NCBI GenBank assembly: GCA_051362555.1 | Contig: CM120647.1 | Span: 19,506,651-19,570,650 of the forward strand | From: Lingula anatina | Lineage: Eukaryota > Animalia > Brachiopoda | DNA: 64,000 bases | Reading direction: 5' to 3' | Shown here: positions 36,530 to 50,800 of the stretch, one piece after another | How the letters are laid out: each line of letters starts with the position of its first letter | How positions within the stretch are numbered: position 1 is the stretch's first letter | The notes under the pieces: generated by a model | The model's input: the letters and a program-made list of their open reading frames with translations, nothing else | The model's database searches: none | Told to the model about the DNA's origin: nothing | Position numbers and translations under genes: made by a program

Positions 36530-39500
36530 GTTTTTTTTTTTTTTTTTTTTTTTTTTGCATATTTTGAGAACTCTTGTTGATTGTATTTTTTAGAGCTTGT
36601 CAAGCACAAGACTGGTGGTGTCCCTTTTTTTGGGAGGGGGGTTCCATACGAATGCGTTTACTCCAGCTGGTGGTACAATATTCGGAGGCGGTATCACCTC
36701 TCTGATCCTCTAGTATTTATTTTTAGATTCAGTTTAACTCGGGTGCCTCCGTGACATTGAGCGATTTGAAACATGCCATGAGGGTAGATATTGAATTACC
36801 AGTGTATTTCAAGTATCAGGGAATGACGGGATTGTGTGGAAATTATGACGGCAATATGACCAATGATGTCGAGGACCATAACCATGAACCTTATAATAGT
36901 CCATTTCTAGAGAGATATAGGTTTGTCTGTTTACATGTCTACTTATCATTTTCATTACCATTGGGTTTGTCTGTAAGTCAGTGTTTGTGCATCTATCTAT
37001 TCATTCTCTGTGTCATATTGGAATTTGCCATATACCTTAGCAATCATGATTTAGTCTTTCTTTACCAGGATTAAAAGAGAGAACGAAAGTTTATTTGAAC
37101 CAATGTATGCCCCGGCAGCAATATCATCAAACGAAGATACGTTCCACGAGACGCAGCGGCGGTATTGCCATTGCCAAATAGTCGACGAGAAAACCAACGT
37201 CATTTTTTGCAATGCCACTTCGCAAATTGAAGATCCAACAAATATCACAGGTACCGTTGATATCGGTCCTATTTTGAGAAAACAGATTTTGGACAAGATA
37301 AGGCAAAAGCGATCAGCGCCCGATTCAATTTTTTCAGACGATGTTTTTGTGGCCTATGAGACGGATTACGACATGTCTGAAATCACTCCCGTAGAACTAC
37401 AAGTCAATTTGTCACAAGGAATGGGAAGACAAGATGCTGAAAATTACTGTTCCGGAGTATTGAGAAATTCAACCATTTATAACATGTGTCTAAATCTTGA
37501 CACCTTCTCCATGAATGCGACCTTGTCTGGCTGCGTAGCCGACCTGCAGGTAGATAACATAACAATGTTGGATCAGAAAATATAATAATTTATTTTTTAC
37601 TTAATGAAACATATAAATCCTATTAAGGGTATATCCACTACATTATTTTATGTTTAATGATCAAATCCTTGACCTATGTAAGATGAAACCCTGAAGACTT
37701 TAAATGGCCATGTTTTCGTTGAACAGGTCTTTATTTAAGCCTTAATGAAAGCAGAAAATTTACCTACGATAGATACTCCAAAATGGTGGTTTTATTTCCA
37801 TTTCTCGTTACGTATGGCGCAATTGAGAACTTCTTGTACAGGTACTGTTTTGCTATAAATTTCTGTATCGGGCAAGGAGAGTAGTTGGGTGTTAAATGTT
37901 TTTTGTAAGGGCACAACATATCCTAATTCATATTCAGAAGAGTGATGAATATGTTATTTAAAAAGGTATAACGATTTGCTCAAATGTTTATTCAATGTTT
38001 CAGATTACAGGTGATAAAAGTTTTGCTATGAGTTCGAGACAGTCCATGGAGGAAACGTGCATAGAAGAGGCAAACAAAATAGCCCCACCTCCGACACCAG
38101 AAGAACTCTGGGATCCTTTTGCTACAACGCCAGCAACACCGGGTAATTCAACAGATGGGTACTGGAAATCTACAACAGCAGCCTACAGTCCAACTCCGAA
38201 GGGTCCGTCTTTAACCGAGCTCATAAAGTCTCAAGCCTGTCCTTCAAGCTGTAGTGGCAACGGAGATTGCATTTCTGGAACCTGCACGTGCTACCTTGGC
38301 TACACTTCTTTGGACTGCTCCATTCCAATCAACAAAGCGCCTGAGATCCTTGAATTGAGCGGTGATGGTCTCTGCGACGTAGACGTCCGTCCGTGTCTCA
38401 AGACGCATCTTTTTGCCGAGCCGATTTATGATTCCACCAATTTTACATGTAGAGTGAGCAAAGTGAAGGTAAAGCTTTAATACCCTTTTGTAAGTAGCTA
38501 CAAAAGTTTTTAACAGTTGAGTGATCTATTTTACATTATCTGCACGGCGACAGTAAGCATATCGACCGAGGGACCGAGTTGCAAGTTGAACATTCTACTC
38601 CTCATAAAGTAAGTTCTAGTTATTCACCAATATGGATTAAGAAGGTTGACCTGTTCATTACGGTTTTCAAAATGCACACATAAACTTAATGAAGGTGCAG
38701 CATTTTTTGTTAATCACATGTCAAACGAAACTGCCAAATAAGTAAGTTGGATAAGTTCAAACCAAGCCTAAAATATCTCCTATATTACTCTTAGCAAATT
38801 TGTAAACTTTTGGCATTTAAAGGTGGACGTGAAAAAGGGAGTCAGAAGCACTGTGTGGTTTGAAACCGTACGGACACGCGCCGAATTGATTTCATTCGCT
38901 GAGATGATCTGCCATCTTCCCCGAGAGCCTATCATTCCACCAACCAAGGATATCGCTCCAGTAGGGAACCCAGTGCAGGGATTACTGGTGTCAGTGAGCA
39001 ATGACGGGAAAAAGTTCTCAGAAGAAGTACCGCTGACAATTTACGATTCTGTCTGCATTGAATGTTCGAAGACAAACTCTAAGAATATAACCGAAGAACC
39101 AGTTTGTACGAGAAAGGTATTGGCATCCACTGGACCTTATGCATGAAAGTCACTAGTCACTGTTATTTGAAAGACGGGCTCTATTTATGTTTCACAGCGA
39201 CTTCTAGATAATAAAATATGATTAAAAAGAAAAAAAGCTATTTTATGAAATGTTTGCACGCTCTCTCGAGGTCATGTATTCTGTAAATAACAGTAAGTCT
39301 CCTTTGCTGCACAACTGTCTTAAGTTTAACGCTAAATAATAACGATATCAGGCAAATGTATATCTACAAAACATTTAAAAGAAGTATTAAGAGGGGTTTA
39401 TTTTAAACCGACGCATTAATGCCTTTGTCTTACACAGCCTGGAACCTGCCTTATCAATGGGTATTGTTACGCTGATGGTGACCCTAATCCTGCCCGACCT

Positions 39501-42347
39501 CTATGTCAGTTCTGTGACGTCAGGACATCTGAGGACCATTTCACCAATGTAACAGGTAAGAATAAATGTCATTTTCACATGTTCTGGTATGAAACAGCAT
39601 ATTTTATTAGATGTGAGATGACCTTAAGGTTATTATAATGTTTTTTTTGTTTGTAAGTGTCTATTTTGGGTTGCGTTGCAAAATAGATGTGCTATGAACC
39701 GCAGCTAGCTCATTCAGTAGTTGTTAAACGCCAACTGTGGAACTTCCATTATAGCTTTCTAAATATCCCAGTTAATGATGCTGTAGAAACATTTAAAATA
39801 AAAATTCTGTTACTTTGTAACTGATTTTCAAGACTGCCGCGTATAATTATTTAATGTAGTTGGTAAAGCTAGCATACAGGTATTTCACGTTGCTTTTAAG
39901 AAATTCATATTACGATGTTATTTCCAACTGTTTTACTTCTGTTTGATTTCAGTAACGACCCAATGTGACAAGTGCCTCGGGTTCCCCTGTTTCTGTGACG
40001 GTAAAGGATGGCAGTGTCAATGTGGGGCAGGCTACACCATCGACAGTAAAACCCTGGGTTGCGTTGGTAAGTAAATCCATTGGGATCCATTTGCTATTCT
40101 ATAGGGACAATAGTGTCTATACCTGTAATATTGCAAACATGATTTTTGTCTCATTAATGTTATTTGACCATAAGCAAAAATGTGTGGATGCGAAGCTTTG
40201 ATTTTTTCTTTACAATGGATCAATTGCACGTTAATATTGATATTAATTGCATATTTATTAAACATGAAATACTTAAAACTATAATTGTTAAAATAAAAAT
40301 AAATAAAACATAGGAGTGACATATTTAATGTAGGTTATCTAGGGTTGAATTGTCTCCTATAATGTGGACAATGGTGCTTTCTAATGTAACTTTTCCTTTA
40401 CGATTATATACTAGATGTGGATGAATGCAAAGCTTCAGACCCGTGTCCTCCGAATTCCGTCTGTAACAACACCATAGGGAGTTTCGAGTGTCTGTGCGAG
40501 TCCGGCTTCAAGAAGTCCGTTTATGGAGCCTGTGTCGGTAAATACACATTATTTTAAGTTTTGAAGTACATTGGAATGATTCCCTGATTAAGTATTTAAT
40601 TTCAGAATTGGTGTGAGATCTCACTTGGTATATCCTTTATTATATTGGTCATAAGAAGAGTATTAAATTCCGAGGAATTTCTATGGTCCTATATTAACAT
40701 GATGATAATATGATTAGCCTAACGTGTTGCTAAAGTATGCTTTAGAAAATGTGGGTTTAATGTACAAATGCCTTTTATCTTTATATATCATTTATTCATG
40801 GGCAGTCGAGTGGTGCATTCTACGTACAGCAGTGATTAGGGAATGTTTAGATTCTGTTTCATTAACATTTCTACTATTCCAGACGTAAACGAGTGCACCG
40901 ATCCAGGAGTGTGTCCAGGTCAACACTGTGTTAACTTGGAGGGTTCCTTCCGGTGCCAAGACTGTCCCATTGGGTACTCTTCTCCTGGCTGCAAGGGTGA
41001 CGTATTTTATTATTAACTTCTCTAATTACCTTTTCGTTTGAGGACGGTATTTCAATTGCAAAATGGTCATTAACTTGATATAGCTATGACCTTCTGTCTT
41101 ATATACCGTGTATCTTCATATATGTGCCAAAGATCCATGGTTTTTAGGCCACATATCCACATGCTGTACATATCAAACAAAGCTTCATTATCTGCAATGC
41201 ATAAGTAATTTTTGTTCGAATGATAAAATGAAAAATGATATGAGAAAAAATATATTTTACGCGACAAGGTCGTTATTTTTTATTGTAATTTTATTCAACC
41301 ATTTGTTGCAAAATCTCCTAATCTGTGGAATTTTTTAATTCTTCACCTCCTGATTCTTAAATATATTTTAAATTGCTATTTACTTGTACGTTCTTCAGAT
41401 ATTGACGAATGTCAAGATTCGACACAATATCCATGTAATCCGTACGACGTTTGCCTAAACACAGACGGGAGCTACAAATGCATTCGTAAGTTGAAATGCA
41501 GGATTCACACGTCCGCAACCTACATAAGGCTTTATATATCTTTTTTGAACAATTTTTTGACATTTGATGTGTTCAAGGATGGTAGGTTAAGATATTTGTT
41601 TTAAAAAAGTTCAACTTTTTTTCTCTAAACACGAAAGATCTGAATTATTTGTATATTGAATATATATTGCATGTGTTATTGATGGATTGGGTAAAGTAAT
41701 AATTTAAACCAATTTAGTATCTTATAGTTGTATGATTTTGAACTTTTCTATTCAGATCGTGACTGCCCACCGCAGTTCCAGAAAGTGGGAACAAAGTGCA
41801 TTTACATTTCGTCGGCCAAGGCGAATTTCCAGGATGCCAATGCCAAGTGTCGTGATCTCGGCAAAGGATTTGGCCACCTTACTATTATAGAAGACAAGCT
41901 TCTGTATAAGAGATTGACCAACCAGATGGCTTTGGAACTAAATTATTGGATAGGTAAGTGCAACACTGATTTTCATAACTTACAGCCGTAAATAAAATTG
42001 GGTTTGAATGTTTTAAAGTTTGACAAATAATATTAGTCGACATATCGGATGGAATGATGTCAAAATGAGTCTTATAAACTATGTGCACGGTTTCTGTACA
42101 GTATGCTTTTTTGTTTCGTTTAGGAATCCGCAGTGAAGCCGACGGTTCACTGAAGTACGTAGACGGTAGACCAATGCAAACCAACGCCTACAATGAATGG
42201 GAAACTTCCCCTAAGGCTAATCCCAGCATGCAGTGCGCAATGATGTCCGGCCCAAAGGACTTTGTGTGGATCATGCGCAACTGCGATGAATCGTTGCCCT
42301 TTGCTTGTGAGGCACCAATGAAGAACAACCAACCTTTGATTGGTTAA
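26174..42347 (+). CDS. Paralog A: secreted VWDE-like protein (signal peptide, UMOD/GP2/OIT3-type D8C, VWD, EGF, 3 cbEGF, C-type lectin), about 1366 aa
   Basis: 19 GT-AG exons, 4101 nt in frame: 26174-26663, 29114-29170, 30880-31124, 31396-31485, 31622-32071, 32414-32490, 32759-32828, 33397-33606, 36727-36920, 37069-37549, 38004-38468, 38823-39116, 39438-39555, 39953-40066, 40415-40537, 40883-40996, 41399-41485, 41756-41953, 42124-42347. Motifs [62 protein letters not shown]...FACE. AATAAA at 42401. Confidence 0.88.
27297..27359. repeat. (TA)n microsatellite hosting the Tc1 insertion
   Basis: Pure TA run. Other TA runs lie near 24897, 31257 and 33625. Confidence 0.95.
27360..28750 (-). mobile_element. 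Tc1/mariner DNA transposon with disrupted transposase
   Basis: 29-bp TIR cacacactggacaatagaagtgtcacccc at both ends, flanked by TA. Minus-strand ORF remnant [15 protein letters not shown]...ARLKPLIS..N...R, with stops and frameshifts downstream. Confidence 0.92.
33796..36714 (+). mobile_element. Helentron-associated (HINE/DINE-1-type) non-autonomous element
   Basis: 14-bp subterminal inverted repeat attgtaccaccagc (33799-33812) / gctggtggtacaat (36666-36679). Also a 5' hairpin ccagcg..cgctgg, short ccggctccg repeats, a central satellite, a 3' stem-loop and a CTAG end in T-rich DNA. Confidence 0.7.
34740..36330. repeat. Satellite array, unit about 145 bp, about 11 units
   Basis: Anchor gaatag(g/a)aagtcat recurs at 34794, 34939, 35084, 35229, 35373 and onward. 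Most units carry tgacctttgacct. Confidence 0.93.
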
Positions 42348-44249
42348 ACTGGACATCTCAATCGTAGATTTTTGGCGCAAAATGTATTTTACTTGATTAC
42401 AATAAATTCTGCGTAGGCCCTACTTCTCGAAAAAGACAATCGTGGCTTATAGCCAAAACTTTTAAGCTTAAGTGTGGAATAGACGTTCCGTGTGGCATGT
42501 GAATCTGTACATAACGTGAGAGCTGTGATTCAGTATTTCTGAAAATATTGAGTGTCTCCAATTTAAATCGAAACACGGCCATGGTTTCACCTGATGTTTT
42601 GGTGTGTAATATCTTTTTCAGAGATACTGCTCAGAGCACGCTCTTCAGCTTTGTTCACTTTGCTATTATGACGACACCACAATCACGTAACTGACATATG
42701 GTGTAACTGTATGCCACCATGCACGTAGTACTTCAGAATTTCTTTTCACGTATATTCAAGTGAAATCCTGTTTTTTCCACAACACAAAAGACGGAAAGCC
42801 ATTCCGTTTACGTTTTTGACAGAAAAAAACATCTTAACCACTTTAAAATTACAAACATCTGTTTCAGAACAACATATGTAATGGTAGGAAGAAAAGAGAT
42901 GCATTCTAATGTATTGGTTTTACTTTCAGCACTATCTCTGTATATTTGAAATCACGAGATCACTACTCTTTTCCTCCTAGAAATCAAATATGTATACGTT
43001 CTTGGATAAGTACAGCTACATGAATTTTATGAAAGAAAGCATATATACTCACATACATACAGACACAATTGTAAGAACGCTACATAAAAATACATACGTT
43101 TGCCTTTTATTTTATTTTAGATGTGTAACTGTTTAATATTGTGTATTATTCAACTTAAAGCATCAGCTTTCGAATCAAAGTGAATAAAATGGCTTTTAGC
43201 AGCATTCCGTGCGTTAATGTTATACTTATGGCAACAAAGTCGACTCTCACTCCACAGAAATACAGTGTTTATCATGATATATGCATACCACATTGACACA
43301 AAAATGAATTTATGTAAAAGAAAATAATAGTTATATTTTAACACGGAAATATTCACAAATATCCAGAACAACAACACTGGTCTGGTTGAATAAACTAAAC
43401 CGTTCCCTTTGATAACGTACATACGAGATTGTACCATTTTTTGTATTTTAATATAAATAAAAAAGATACAGAAACCGGAAGAAAATCAATTTCTATAATA
43501 TTATTTCTCTATTTTCTATAATTAAGCACATAGTGGTCTAACATTAAAGGGAATGTAAAACACTAGACGAGATTTATAACAAAACAAGTGGGGTGCCCAT
43601 ATAGAAAAAAAACGCCTTTTTTGTAGAGAAAAACGGGAAAATAAGGGAATATCTCCAGTGAGGTTGTGCCTTATTTATATCTTTTTGACAACTTAATTGG
43701 GCATTTAGCAAAAGGGAAAACCTCGCGTCATGTGACAAATCAGCTTCATAATCTTTTAGGACTATTAATTCTAGATAAATTCTTAACTGCCTACTGTGTG
43801 CCTCGATCAGTTTGATGATCAAGCTATCAATTTCATATATATATAATCTATACTTCAATTTGCTTTAAGTAGGTTTAAAGCATTTTTTTCAAATGATTTT
43901 ACGGACGTTTTCTCAAATATCGATCCAGCAAATTACTGACTGTGCTCAAAAGAGTTTCTTAATGCAACACTCCCCCTTCATTATGCTTCACCAAAGTTGC
44001 AATCGGGAGATTTGTACTATTAACATCATTACATCTTCTGGTCTGAGTTTATCGTACGTATAGTTTTTATTTACTTCGACTAAGCGGACCTTCGGCTATG
44101 GTGAAATGCATCTTTATTTGAGGGATGCACGAAGAAATCCACTTCAGTACTAAGAAAAAATCTGCAGACGTTAAATGACTGACATCAAAGGAATTCCAGT
44201 TTAGTAAACTGTATCCCTCTTTATCATAGACGGCTTTGATTACAAGCCG

Positions 44250-44810
44250 AACATTAAATCACTCTGAGGGGATAAGTCAGATAAGAATAAAAGCAAAGTA
44301 CACATTAGGTTGAAGGCCAACCCTGGCCAAGTCACGATAAGCGCCATAAAAACACGATCTTGACACCCCTGGGGTGAAATGTTATCTTTTTCGCAGTCAA
44401 GCGGTTGGTCGGTTTTATTTTTCTTCCTGCTTCACTTTTCAATACTCTTTCTTCGAAGCTATATTTAAAATGGGTTTCATTAAATCACTGCCATTTAAAT
44501 TGAGTTCTATTAAACTGGTTCCATTTAAAATGAATTCTATTAAATCACGAGATCCAAATTAATCCCTGCCCATTGCTATGGAATGAGGTTTGGTCCTGAT
44601 ATTAAAATGGTAAGGTCGCAGGCTTTGCGATATATGTTGTAAAGAAGCGATTGGTCGGTTTTATTTTTCTTCCTGCTTTAAACATTTATCACAGTGACTT
44701 AATTAAATTATTTATTACTTAAAATGTCAAGATAAGATGTATTTATACTTTCTTCAAAAAGGATCACAGTTTATTGTCGTTGAAGTTCATATATGTTATA
44801 AACATCGCTT
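44250..44810 (+). promoter_or_regulatory. Conserved promoter of paralog B
   Basis: Same blocks as A: aaccctggccaagtcacgataagcgccataa, cccctggggtgaaatgtta, two ttggtcggttttatttttcttcctgctt boxes (44403 and 44649) and tataaacatcgc. Confidence 0.65.
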
Positions 44811-44852
44811 CTAGAGTGTTTAATCAGATATCGGTTGAGAGATAACCTAGCA

Positions 44853-47800
44853 ATGTTTCTTGCACCGGTAACAGTGGCGTTTATGTTCGGAGTAATCCGT
44901 TTGCATTTGACCTGGGCTTCCCCATGCGATAAGTACACCGTCCTTCATAATGCAAATAGACATATAACACATAGAGCTACTTGGACTGAATCCCTTCACT
45001 GCGACTCCAGTTTAAGCACGACTGAATGGTATCGCTTCATGGGCCCAGCCGGCGACAGGCTGGCTGACAACACTAGCATTCCGGTGGCATTTGAGTGTGG
45101 AACTGTGGGGCCTATTTACCTGGCGTCAAGACATCCTCCTGATCCTGATCCGAGCAACAAATCTCAATGTAACGTCTCAGCACCTGGTAACACTTATAAT
45201 CTGTGTGCACGTTACGGTAGATCCAACTGCGATGCCAAGTTCCAAATTGATATCCATCAGTGTTGTGCTCCCGGTGATACATTCTTTGTGTACAGATTGA
45301 AGACTCCTATTGCTGGATGTCCATTGGCGTTATGCGGGGCAGGTCAGTCTTCTTTTAAAACATTCTTATTCTTATTCATTCTAGACATTCATAGTATAAT
45401 TGGTCAATGATTACATCTCAGCGTAATATCATCAGCGCATGGCCAGTTTTTCTTGAGGATGGCTCTTAAGTAGAGCCGAAAATTTTACGGTACGAAAATA
45501 ATGGGATAAAAAAACTGTCTGTGGAATTTTGAATTCAACTATTCATTACTCATTTATGATCGACGAAGTTGGTTTTGAATATAGTAATATAATTTCAAGT
45601 ATAATATATTACTTTTTATTTGACCCACTGCTCTTTTTCTCGGTTAACGTAATGATGCATGGCTTGGAAAGCGTTTAAATTATCGAAACATAATTTGATA
45701 TTATGGTTTCTTCTTTTAGGAAGACAGCAGACTTTGTGTCCGATTGGGACTATTCCGATTGGACCTGCTTGCGTTCGTATGTATTGCAATTTTGCTTTAT
45801 AATTACATACGCCGTGGGTAATTATGGTGCCTGACTTTAAGCTGCACAAAGTTTGGGTTAAAGTATATGTTTTCACGGGACTTCTACGTCAGATTATACT
45901 AGTAGATGAAGGATGACCCTAATTTATCTGTGTCTTTATCAGGTGGCTCTTATTGAAAATTATATATTTCAAGATATTAATTTTGAATCAGCCATATTCT
46001 TATAACAGTGACTTTGAATGGTTTAATGATTGTTTAAAGATAGTTTATGATATCTATTCACTTAGATATAACACCGTGTAGTTTTGAATAACTCCATCAT
46101 TTCAGCACCTTTTCCGACCATATTAAACCAACCCAAAATAACAGGCCCTCACATTGACGGACAAGATTTCACTTTCAAATGTGAAGTAAAACCAGATGGG
46201 AATGTAAATAACATCCAAGAGGCAAACTATGATGTACAGTTCCTGTTTGATGGAGAAAACGAAACTAATGCTGTTGGTCCTGCCAACTATATGAATGGAT
46301 TCAAGGCGGCGCTGAACCAGATGGACATCGCAGGAAAACTGGGAAAACGCGTATGTTTTAACATATGGGACACAAGAGACCCACACATACATGACCTAAA
46401 GTACACGAAATACTTTCAAAATATTACAATACATGGTGGAATAATATTTTGATAACTGTTATCATTTTTATTTTTCGTCAGCTTCAGAAAGACACTGTGC
46501 CAAATAAAAATCCGATACATTTCGCAACCCTCTGAGAAATTGTGCGATATAAAAGCCTATGTCTGCTCTTAAATAATCAGATATGTTTAAATCTTTGTAG
46601 ATAACATGTAGGGCTCGAGGTTTCTGGACGGGAAAAAAACCCGGAGAGGGTTACAAATACAGCAGCAACTGGTACTGGGCTGGCATTCAAGTAGGTTTCC
46701 TTATCATTTCTCAGCACTCATAATACATATCCATGTGCATCGAATGTAAGCATAAAATGACAGTTTATTTTACTTCATTATGTTAAGCGTGGACAATATA
46801 ACTAATTTCGTAATTTTGTCCATATGTAAAGTAAAAGCATTTTCAAATATATAAATTAAGTGAAATAAGAATTGTTTTTCTCTCTTATTTTGTAGGTTCG
46901 CCAAATAGAAAAAAATGGAAACAGAAAACAGGTGCTGGCAATACACTTGGTCGATTTCAAGAGGCCGATCTTATTGGAATTGCATTCCACTCTGCCGATA
47001 CTATTTGGTTCCCACAAAGACTTTACCGTTAACTTTTTCACCAACAGATTTCTACCGCGTGCTCCAGTAAAGTTACAAGTGACAATGAAAACTAGAATCG
47101 AGGGTATTTCCGTAGCAGGGGGCTCAGGTGCTGAACGGTGTTCTGCCAGTTTTTTTGAGGGTGATTGGAATAAAACCCTTGATGGCGCGACCGTTTCAAG
47201 AACCACACTCACCGTAGTGTCCGAAGTTGACGACCAGTATGCTGTGCGAAGGAACTCGAGGAAGTGGTTTCTGTCATTGCAAACCAGCGACTATTTATTT
47301 CCATCAATTTGGAAAAAATATCGCATTGCTGATATTCCGGTATGTTTTTGAAAATATTTTTATGTGTATTTCACTTGAATCGCCTGCCTAGTAGGCAAAC
47401 TTATCGCGCATTCGTACTTTTATTCGTATCCAGGCTAATAATTTAGTTTTCATTATAGTCAAATTAACTTTAGAATGTGACTGCACTGCTCCTTAATTTG
47501 GAGTGACATAATAATTTTGATTATAATATTTATTGTTTAACTCGTATTTTGCGTTTATTCACGAATGGTTGTTGAGTCCCAAATTAATGTTCAGTGCATT
47601 TTCAGTCCACATCTACTTGTAAACATTTCAGGGCATACTCTTAGGGACCATTCCAGTCCCTGTCGTACCAAATTTGGATTGATCTATCTTCAAGGGGATT
47701 CTCGCTATTAACAGGCGTAAGGTCTGTCACGCCAACTGAAACTGTTAGGGGGTAATTAATTATCGCTTAGCAGCCTCAGAAGGTGTGTCAGAACCGGACG

Positions 47801-50800
47801 CACGAATTTCAGGATCGTACGTCCCCTGCGATTTTTGGGTTTTGCGGAGGCCGTGGAGGTCGTACAGATAATAGACCAAGGTGAAAGTAAAGAACAAAAG
47901 TCTCAGACGTGGTGTAACTCGCATAACCGCACGCCTCGCATGAATGCGTTATAACCCTAATGGACCCGTGGTCTAAATAAGATAGATCCCTCGTCAGCAA
48001 GGGTTATGTGACATCCACTCGTGCTACGCACTCGTGTATGCCACATAACCCTCGCTGACTCGGGGTCTATCTATTACGAGGAAAGTCTGCCTTGCGAGTT
48101 GCAAGAGTCACATGATATGTCCTTTCAAGCAGAGACACTAATTGCAAGGAGCGATGGTCGTGTAAATTGCACTCATTCCTTGAGTTTGTATTGCTTCATG
48201 TGTACGTGGCACACACTCACCACTTACGAAGGGAATGCAACGCACGGCGAAGTAGTGCCCTTTTGCGTCAGTTTTGCTTCACACTTGCCTCACGCGTTTG
48301 TGGTGACGTACTGACGGCGTACGTCAGTTTTGTTTCATGTTCCCCTCTTCTTTCTTCTTCTTCCCATCTTTTTTCTACTATGTAAGCTTCTTTCTCTTGC
48401 CTTTTGGAGGCATATTAGAAACTAAATTGAGCAAAATTTGAAAACTTTGAAAATTGTTTTACACGTTGCAAAGTCGACGTTCATTGTAAAGACACGAGCG
48501 TGCGTCTTGAGCACACCTTTTATACACCAGGCGTGGGGTTGATGCAGTGTGCTCTCGACGTTGTTCGTTAATTGTGAGGGCTTGCGCCTTACTCAACACG
48601 CAAAGGGCACTTGCTCCTTCATTGCTTGCGACGTGCGTCTTGCAGAACGCGCGTATCTCTGGCTAACTACTGTACGTGTGAGGGGAGCAAGTTACGCTTG
48701 CCTCGCTGTTTGCAGATTATTCGTAGAATCTTTTGGACATGTCCAACAGCCTCCGCACGTGCTTACGGGCTATCTGCGAACTCGAAATTGCGTAAGAAGG
48801 ACTTGCGTGGGACGTGAGATTCTGCGCAAAATTTGGACGCAAACAGCCCGTAAGAGCCCGTACGGCCGGTTGTGACCGAGGCTTAAGCTTGGACATGTCC
48901 AAAAGATTCTACGAATAGCCTGCGAACAGCGAGGCCGCAAGCGCAACTTGCTCCCCTCGCACGGAGTTAGCAAGAGAGACGCGCGTTGTGCAAGACGCAC
49001 GTCGCAAGCAATGAAGGAGCAAGTGTCCTTTTCGTGTTGAGTAAGACGCAAGCCCTCACAAATAACGAACAAAGTCGAGAGCACACCGGTAATGCGTCGC
49101 ACGTGCGTCACCCCTTCGCCTGGTGTATAAAAGGCGTGCTCACGACGCACGCTCGTGTCTTTACAGTGAACGTCGACTGTGTAACGTGTACAACATTTTT
49201 CAAAAGTTTCAAATTTTTGCTTAATTTAATTTCTAATATGCCTCCAAAAGGCAAGAGAGAGAAGCTTACATAGTAGAGAAAAGGGAGGAGGAAGAAGAAA
49301 GAAGAGGAGAACAGAAAGCAAAACGGACGTACGCCGTCAGTAGGCCAACGTCACCACAAACGTGTGAGGCAAGTGTGAAGCAAAAGTGACGCAAAAGGGC
49401 ACTACTTTCGCCTTGCGTTGCATTCCCTTCGTAAGTGGTGAGTGTGTGCCACGTACACAGGAAGCAAGACAAACTCAAGAAATGAGTACAATTTCTACGG
49501 CCAACGCTCCTTGCAATTAGCGTCCCTGCTTGAAAGGACATCTCACGTGGCCCTTGTGACTCGCAAGGCAGACTTTCCTCTACCTCTACGACCTCCACGA
49601 CCTCCGCAACACCCAAAAATCGCAGGGGACGTACGATCCTGAAATTCGTGCGTGCTGTTACCGAGGCTTTAAGCCGCTAAAATTAACTAGCACGAAACCC
49701 CTTGGAGATAGATAGATCCTGTTAGGTCGAGCTAGGTATGGGAACCCAGTCTTAGTGTCTGTCTCCACTCCTTTCTTTTATTTTGAAGTTGGCCCTCTCT
49801 TTGTAATCTCCCTCTGATTGTCTTTCTTGCTGAATATGAGGTGGCTTATTTTTACAAATAATTTTGATCTTTTGTACTGTGATCCATGAGCCAGACCCTG
49901 ATTTTCGGCCATTGGTATTAAAAAAAGGAGAAATTCGGATAGTGATTTTTAGTAAGACCTATGTCTCTAGTGTCCAAATATGTACCCCGCCCACCAGCAG
50001 CAATTGCTTTTTCGGATTAGGATATAGGAAAGAAAATGCTTACTATACCAGTTTGGTAAAAAAGTATATATATCAAGGTATTACATATCATCATGGAGAC
50101 AAGGGATGAGGCATTAAATTTCTTAAGTCATACATACATACCTATTAGGGTCATAGATAAAGGGCCAGATGTCACAAGAGGTCACATTTTATTTTTATTT
50201 TTTTGTAAATTGAACCAATAAGATTTTATTGTTTGAATAAAAGTTTTGATATGTGAGGAATGATTTGTTACCATGATTTGTGATTTAGTCTAATGCTTAT
50301 GAAGAAAGATATTTAAAACACTTAAGGCTTAGACTAAAGCATGTTCACGATTCATTCACCATATAACATCTTTATTCATACAATGTTTTTTTTAAAACAA
50401 TTTTGGCTTACATTTATGAAAAATCCATGAAACTTGATCTCTTCTGACCTTCGAGCCTTGAATGCTTGTCATGTATTCATGACTTATGAAATACATTTTC
50501 CCATCCATCGCCTCCATAATAATAATGTATAATTTCATTGATGTATATTTTACCATACTAAGGCCTACCCAACTGACAGACGCAGCACGGAAGGATCCAG
50601 AATTCACGCTACCGGTTTTCAAGTTGTGTATCAGTAGTGGCAGCCTCTTGACATGTGCGCTATCACACATATTTGAACATTAGAGACATAGTTCTTACTA
50701 AAAATCAGTCTGAGAATTCCTCCCTTTTTGATACCAACAAAGTATACTGCTCATGGCCGTCTAACATAAATCGTTATATATTTTTTTCATAGGTTTATAT

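Noticed and set aside
48021-49642. Cluster of similar ORFs on both strands
   Set aside because: The similarity is explained by the inverted repeat, and the frames are not conserved between arms.
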